Shown piece after piece: positions 48,159 through 52,927 of a DNA stretch of 52,927 bases. A program made the position numbers and the translations under genes. The notes beneath the pieces were generated by a model. It was not told the DNA's origin and searched no databases. It saw nothing but the letters and a program-made list of their open reading frames with translations. This DNA is from Candidatus Ornithoclostridium faecavium. Lineage in GTDB: Bacteria > Bacillota > Clostridia > Christensenellales > UBA3700. Positions within the stretch are counted from its first letter, which is position 1, and every line of letters starts with the position of its first letter. Location of the stretch: positions 1-52,927 of the forward strand of contig DVNX01000114.1 in the NCBI GenBank assembly GCA_018714045.1, in the 5' to 3' direction.

Positions 48159-49187
48159 TTATTGCGCCTTGTCGATAACGCTCTGCGGGATAGTGAATCC
48201 TATAGCGTTAGCGATCTCTTCGTTCACTATGTAAGTGAAATCGGTCGTCTGGCTGGCAACGGGGATATCCCTTGCCGTCTTTTTGCCCATAAGTATCTCA
48301 AACGCCTGCGCTGCCGCGAGTTTTCCGAGATAGGAATAATCTACGCTGAGAGTAGCTACGCCGCAAGCGGACGCCATGCCGCCTTCGCCGCATACGATGG
48401 GGAGTTTAACGTTCTGATTGATGTTCTGGGAATGTACCGCAGAAGCGTTTGCCGCGAGAACGTTGTCTGTAGGCAGATATACGATATCCGCGCCCTTGCT
48501 CTTCAGAGAAGTAAGAGCGTTGCCGATATTGTCTACGCCGTCGATGGATTCGTCGACGAACGCAATGCCCTTAGCTTCGCAAGCCGCCTTTACGGCGTCT
48601 TTCTGGACTACGGAGTTGGTCTCCTTGCTTACGTAAAGCACGCCGACCGTAAGATCTTCGCTGCCGCCCATGAGTTCTACCATAAGGTCTACCTGCTGAG
48701 CGATCGGGTTGATATCGGATACGCCGGTAACGTAGTTGGACTGTCCTTCCAGCTTGTCTACGAGTTTAGCGTCTACGGGGTCGGTCACCGCGTTGAAAAT
48801 AACGGGGATGTGATAATCCTTTGCCTTGCTGACCGCGGTCTGGGAAGATGCGGTAGCGATGGAATAGATGAGATCGACGTCCTTTGCGATAAAGTTGTCG
48901 ATGATCGAACTGTTGTTGGCGTCTTCGCCCTGCGCGTTGCCCTTTTCAAAGGTAACGGTCTTGCCTTCCGCTTCGATGAGCTTTGTCAGCTCTTCGCAGA
49001 ACGCGTTGTTAGCCTGATCGAGCGCGTCGTGAGGCGCCAGCTGGATAACGCCGACCTTGTAAGAAGTCTTAGCTGCGTATTCCGACTTCTGCGCTTCATA
49101 GTCGAAATTGTCGGTACAAGCGACCGCCAGGAAGCAGCCTGTGACCGCTATGACGAGCGCAAGAGTCAAAATCAATATTTTCTTCAT
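48159..49187 (-). CDS. ABC substrate-binding lipoprotein (TrpX-like, aromatic amino acid)
   Basis: Lipobox AVAC, HDALD, AVTDP, TGVSD, ETNS, PTDN. Confidence 0.9.
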   Translation of the reverse strand: MKKILILTLALVIAVTGCFLAVACTDNFDYEAQKSEYAAKTSYKVGVIQLAPHDALDQANNAFCEELTKLIEAEGKTVTFEKGNAQGEDANNSSIIDNFIAKDVDLIYSIATASSQTAVSKAKDYHIPVIFNAVTDPVDAKLVDKLEGQSNYVTGVSDINPIAQQVDLMVELMGGSEDLTVGVLYVSKETNSVVQKDAVKAACEAKGIAFVDESIDGVDNIGNALTSLKSKGADIVYLPTDNVLAANASAVHSQNINQNVKLPIVCGEGGMASACGVATLSVDYSYLGKLAAAQAFEILMGKKTARDIPVASQTTDFTYIVNEEIANAIGFTIPQSVIDKAQ

Positions 49188-49341
49188 AATTCTCTCCTTC
49201 CGAATATACGGATTTTTGAATATTGAAAATATTATAGCATAGATAAACTATAAATTAAAAGAGTTTTTTTATTTTTTTAACGTATATTTGAATATTTTAC
49301 AAAAAACGCGTTAAAATGCGCCGAATAAGCCCTTTTTTAAT

Positions 49342-49381
49342 AAAAATATCCGTCCGCGAAACCTTAGGACGGATATTTTTT
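49342..49381 (-). terminator. Terminator after the mrp-like gene
   Basis: AAAAATATCCGTCC...GGACGGATATTTTT. Confidence 0.8.
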
Positions 49382-49409
49382 AATGAATAAACATAAATTT
49401 CGTGAATAA

Positions 49410-50240
49410 TTATTCGTGTTTACGCACCTTTGCGCTCTTTACCGCTTCGACTGCGGGCTTTAGCTCTTCGCAAGTCGCGTCTTCTATTCTTCCCGCGTCG
49501 CACAGCTTTGCGAGTTCGGGCTTTATAGGAAGTCTCGCCAGAAGCTTTACGCCGTACTTTTCGCAGACCTCTTCCGCCTTCGACTCTCCGTAGATATAAT
49601 GTCTCTTGCCGCAACCGTCGCATTCGAAATAACTCATATTTTCGACCACGCCCAAAACGGGGATATCCATCATTTTAGCCATCTTCATAGCTTTAGCGAC
49701 TATCATAGAGACAAGCTCCTGCGGCGAAGTTACGATTATAATGCCGTCCACGTTAAGGCTCTGGAATACGGTCAGCGGAACGTCGCCCGTGCCAGGAGGC
49801 ATATCGACTACCATATAGTCCACGTCGCCCCAGTCCACGTCAGTCCAGAACTGCTGTACCATTCCGCCGATAAGCGGACCTCTCCATATGACGGGATCGT
49901 CCTCGTGCTCAAGCATCATGTTGACGGATATGAGTTTGATACCGCCCTTAGTCATCGCGGGAACTATCATCTGACCGTTGCCGTAAGCTTTAGCCGTTAC
50001 GCCGAAAACCTTGCCCATAGAAGGACCCGTGACGTCCGCGTCGAGAACGGCGACCTTTGCCCCGTCTTTAGACAGCGCCGCCGCGGTCAGCGCGCTTACC
50101 AGCGATTTGCCTACGCCGCCCTTGCCGCTCACTACGGCAATGACTTTCTTTACGTTTTTAGCGCCCTCTTTCTTTTTCTCTTCTTTGCGCTCTCCGCAAT
50201 TCGCGGACGAGCACGAAGAACAGTCGTGATTGCACTCCAT
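49410..50240 (-). CDS. Mrp/NBP35 Fe-S cluster carrier ATPase
   Basis: N-terminal Cys cluster, SGKGGVGKS, DMPPGTGD, VENMSYFECDGC. Confidence 0.95.
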   Translation of the reverse strand: MECNHDCSSCSSANCGERKEEKKKEGAKNVKKVIAVVSGKGGVGKSLVSALTAAALSKDGAKVAVLDADVTGPSMGKVFGVTAKAYGNGQMIVPAMTKGGIKLISVNMMLEHEDDPVIWRGPLIGGMVQQFWTDVDWGDVDYMVVDMPPGTGDVPLTVFQSLNVDGIIIVTSPQELVSMIVAKAMKMAKMMDIPVLGVVENMSYFECDGCGKRHYIYGESKAEEVCEKYGVKLLARLPIKPELAKLCDAGRIEDATCEELKPAVEAVKSAKVRKHE

Positions 50241-50326
50241 ATTATCCTCCTGAAAAAAGAGCGCTGCGCGCCCTTCTCTTTATTTCAAATATTTCGTCAC
50301 GGTTTTTTAATACCCGTGTCGATAAA

Positions 50327-51178
50327 CTATATTATCACAAAGTCGCCCGGCGTTATGAAAAGCCAGCTTATAGCCGCTAAGATGACCGCTATCACGACCT
50401 GGTGCAACACGTACACCCATATCGCTATCCTGCCCCAGAAATCGAAAGGCGCGTGCCAGTTGTATTCGCCCAGCCACGGCAAGAGCGATCTTTTCTTAGG
50501 ATACAGCAGCGGCGCGACGCCCGCTCCTATGAGCATATAGCCGACCGACGGGAATATCGGATAATAGTCCGCGGAATAAAATCCACTCTCGTTGCCTATC
50601 ATCCATTCCCCGATAAAATACCAGTCGTTGTTGTCGGTGAACGCCTGCTCGTCTATCGCATAACGCGCGGCGCAGAATTCGTTTACGATAATTATCATTA
50701 TCCCGACGGCGAGGCATATAACTGCGGTACGCCACGCGTCTTTCCCCGAAATAAAGTTTATCAGCACCCACAGGAGTATCGCTACCGCAAACATGTGCAG
50801 TATGCCGAACTTTATCGGCATTTCGAGAAAAGTCGTTACCGCCGTGATCAACAGCGCGAATATCGCTACCTCTATGCCGCGTTTGAGATTGCTCCTTGAA
50901 AAAGAACAGGATATGCCGCAAAGCAGAGCGAATATCCATACGACGATATCGCGCGTCACCAGTCTGAGCGGGCTGTCCGAATATACAAGCGCGCGTTCGT
51001 ATAATCCGATAAAGAAATCCGTGCCCTGTACAGCCGCCCATTCTTTACCGAATATGTCGCCGATATCGAACATGAAATGGTCGAATATCATAAGAAGCAC
51101 GCATACGCCCCTTAAAAAATCCAGTTCCCATATCCTGTTTCTTACCGGCTTCAACGCCGCGCCCGTGTTCTTTCGCAT
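50327..51178 (-). CDS. DUF1624 / HGSNAT-like membrane acyltransferase
   Basis: RIWELDFLRG..LMIFDH, FGILH, DYYPIFP, YVLHQ. Confidence 0.88.
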   Translation of the reverse strand: MRKNTGAALKPVRNRIWELDFLRGVCVLLMIFDHFMFDIGDIFGKEWAAVQGTDFFIGLYERALVYSDSPLRLVTRDIVVWIFALLCGISCSFSRSNLKRGIEVAIFALLITAVTTFLEMPIKFGILHMFAVAILLWVLINFISGKDAWRTAVICLAVGIMIIIVNEFCAARYAIDEQAFTDNNDWYFIGEWMIGNESGFYSADYYPIFPSVGYMLIGAGVAPLLYPKKRSLLPWLGEYNWHAPFDFWGRIAIWVYVLHQVVIAVILAAISWLFITPGDFVII

Positions 51179-51184
51179 AAAAAA

Positions 51185-51213
51185 ATTATAACACCGCAGC
51201 AAGTCTTAGTCAA
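51185..51213 (-). promoter_or_regulatory. SigA promoter predicting a leaderless mRNA
   Basis: TTGACT-17-TATAAT with extended TG, then 6 nt to the ATG; no SD sequence. Confidence 0.65.
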
Positions 51214-51314
51214 TCGTATGCAATGCGGGTATTTTCAACGCGTTTCCCTTGGTTCTGCCGCTCAAAAGCGACTCTTTCCGCCGTCTCAACGAATTTTATC
51301 TGCCATGTAGACGT

Positions 51315-51647
51315 TCATTCAGATAAAAACAGCCTTACTATCTCCCCGACCGCATTCTTCTTTTCAACCGACAGCTGAGAATACGCCTGCATAAAAGTCT
51401 GTTCTTTTTCGTCAAGTCCCTTATAGTAAGGAACGAGCCTCAGCTTCTCGTCCACAAGACCGAGTATAAAATCTGCCGACGTGTCGAACATACGCGCTAT
51501 CGCGACGACCGCCTGCGCCGTAGGCTTGCGTGTGCCCGCTTCCCACTGCGCGACTGCAGACTGGGAAACGCCGAGAGCTTTTGCAAGCGCGGATTGAGAA
51601 AGTCCTTCCTCTTCTCTCAGCAATTTCAATTTTTCACAAAATTCCAT
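51315..51647 (-). CDS. Xre-family HTH regulator
   Basis: LSQSALAKALGVSQSAVAQWEAGTRKP, SADFILG. Confidence 0.92.
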   Translation of the reverse strand: MEFCEKLKLLREEEGLSQSALAKALGVSQSAVAQWEAGTRKPTAQAVVAIARMFDTSADFILGLVDEKLRLVPYYKGLDEKEQTFMQAYSQLSVEKKNAVGEIVRLFLSE

Positions 51648-51830
51648 ACGTATATTCTATCACGCCGCCTACGATATCACAAATGAAATACAATACTAAT
51701 TTAATAAAATTACTTTTGTGATAACATTGCGAATAATAGGTCAAAATCGTGCTTTTTGAGGCAGAATTTTCATTGATAGCGAAAATCTTTTGCAATAAAA
51801 TGGATTTTGTCAGAAAACGGAGGTAACGAA

Positions 51831-52622
51831 ATGCAGAAAATAAGACTTTTGATAGCAGACGACGAAAGCGCGTGCTCGCAGGCACTCGCAAACGGTTTAA
51901 AAGACGACCCCGACGTCGAAGTGATAGCTACGGCAAGGGACGGTCTGGACGCGATAGCAAAGATAGAGACTCTCTCTCCCGACGCGGTCGCCCTCGATAT
52001 CGTAATGCCAAACCTGGACGGTTACGGAGTACTCGCCAACGTGGACTTTTCAAAGCTCCGCAAGCGTCCCGTATTTATAATGACCTCAGGTCTTACGGGC
52101 GACGCTTTCATAAGAAAAGCGATAAATTCAGGCGCCGACTATTATATGCTGAAGCCCGTATCGCCCAAAGCTCTCAAAGAACGTCTCATTGAATGCACCC
52201 GCGTCAAATACTCCCCCGTCGCGGTAAGAGACGACGACTCTCAGGTCAAACAGGCGATACGCCGTTCCCGCCACACTCTGGACGAAAAGCTGGCGAACAT
52301 ATTTATTTCCGTGGGCATCCCCGCGCATATAAAGGGATATCAGTTCCTGCGCGAAGCCATAAAGATGACGATAGACAGCCCCGAAGTGATAAACAGCATA
52401 ACGAAAAAACTGTACCCGGGAATTGCGGAGAACTTCAATACCTCTCCGTCCAAAGTCGAGCGCGCGATACGTCACGCGATAGAGGTCGCCTGGAACAGAG
52501 GCAAGATCGAAAACATAAACCAGCTTTTCGGCATAAAGATATATTCCGCCAACGACAAGCCGACCAACGGTGAATTCATCGCGCTTCTTGCGGATAAAAT
52601 GATAACCGAAGGCGCAGTATAA
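51831..52622 (+). CDS. spo0A: Sporulation master regulator Spo0A
   Basis: Receiver IADD...LDIVMP...LKP; C-domain GIPAHIKGYQFLREAI, TKKLYP, SKVERAIRHAIEVAW, KPTNGEFIA; GGAGG RBS. Confidence 0.97.
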   Translation: MQKIRLLIADDESACSQALANGLKDDPDVEVIATARDGLDAIAKIETLSPDAVALDIVMPNLDGYGVLANVDFSKLRKRPVFIMTSGLTGDAFIRKAINSGADYYMLKPVSPKALKERLIECTRVKYSPVAVRDDDSQVKQAIRRSRHTLDEKLANIFISVGIPAHIKGYQFLREAIKMTIDSPEVINSITKKLYPGIAENFNTSPSKVERAIRHAIEVAWNRGKIENINQLFGIKIYSANDKPTNGEFIALLADKMITEGAV

Positions 52623-52889
52623 CGCGCCCTCTCTCAACGCTTACACCCCCTCTTGCCGCGACAAGCGGCATTTCTCCCCGCCGCGCCGCTTCTCCCTTTC
52701 GGCGCGGCATTATTATACCGTATTATAAGACAGGCGGGACCTCTCTTAATAACAGGATTTCGTCGCAGGAAATAATTCTCCAACAGTACCCGCAGAGCAA
52801 ATAAAAAACGTATACGCATTATAAATAAGCGTCGTCAAAAAACGCGTAAAATCCGCGCCGCGGAGAGCTTTGTATTTATTTGAATAAGG

Positions 52890-52927
52890 TATACCAGACC
52901 AGAATAATACGAACAAGGTTTAAAGCG
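52890..52927. repeat. Terminal arm of a second copy of the inverted-repeat element (truncated by the window end)
   Basis: TATACCAGACCAGAATAATACGAACAAGGTTTAAAGCG is the reverse complement of 74-111. Confidence 0.85.

Noticed and set aside
45461-49187. ABC importer next to luxS as an AI-2 uptake system
   Set aside because: The binding protein has TrpX-type rather than LsrB-type motifs, and a terminator separates the operon from luxS

Overview
About 53 kb of chromosome from a spore-forming Clostridia-class bacterium (spo0A present). Both ends run into arms of the same TA-flanked inverted-repeat element, which resembles the Clostridiales-1 motif. An AT-rich, integrase-less defence island follows tRNA-Ser(GGA) at about 924-7805. 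It carries a Dodola-like DUF6414 + ClpB-type ATPase pair and two convergent restriction-modification operons: an NlaIII/IceA1-like CATG system, and a second MTase with a PD-(D/E)xK nuclease. Each operon has its own Xre controller. The best candidate for an undescribed system is a co-oriented cluster of about 17 kb at 9457-26362 on the minus strand. It encodes a DUF4011 helicase-nuclease (Hhe-like), two RCK/RyR-domain proteins (one with a channel-like membrane region), a soluble ClpB-AAA/receiver-like/FtsH-AAA/M41 protease fusion, a broken vWA gene and a vWA-PP2C-Ser/Thr kinase (TerY-P-like) triad. The rest is mostly housekeeping and transport: MATE, ABC exporters with MarR, oadB/oadG, a giant InlB-B-repeat/BspA lipoprotein, luxS, a TrpXYZ-like ABC importer, Mrp and spo0A. 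This part also holds an orphan sRNA candidate and a yybP-ykoY-type riboswitch placed ahead of oadB. All family assignments come from motif recognition by eye, not from database searches.
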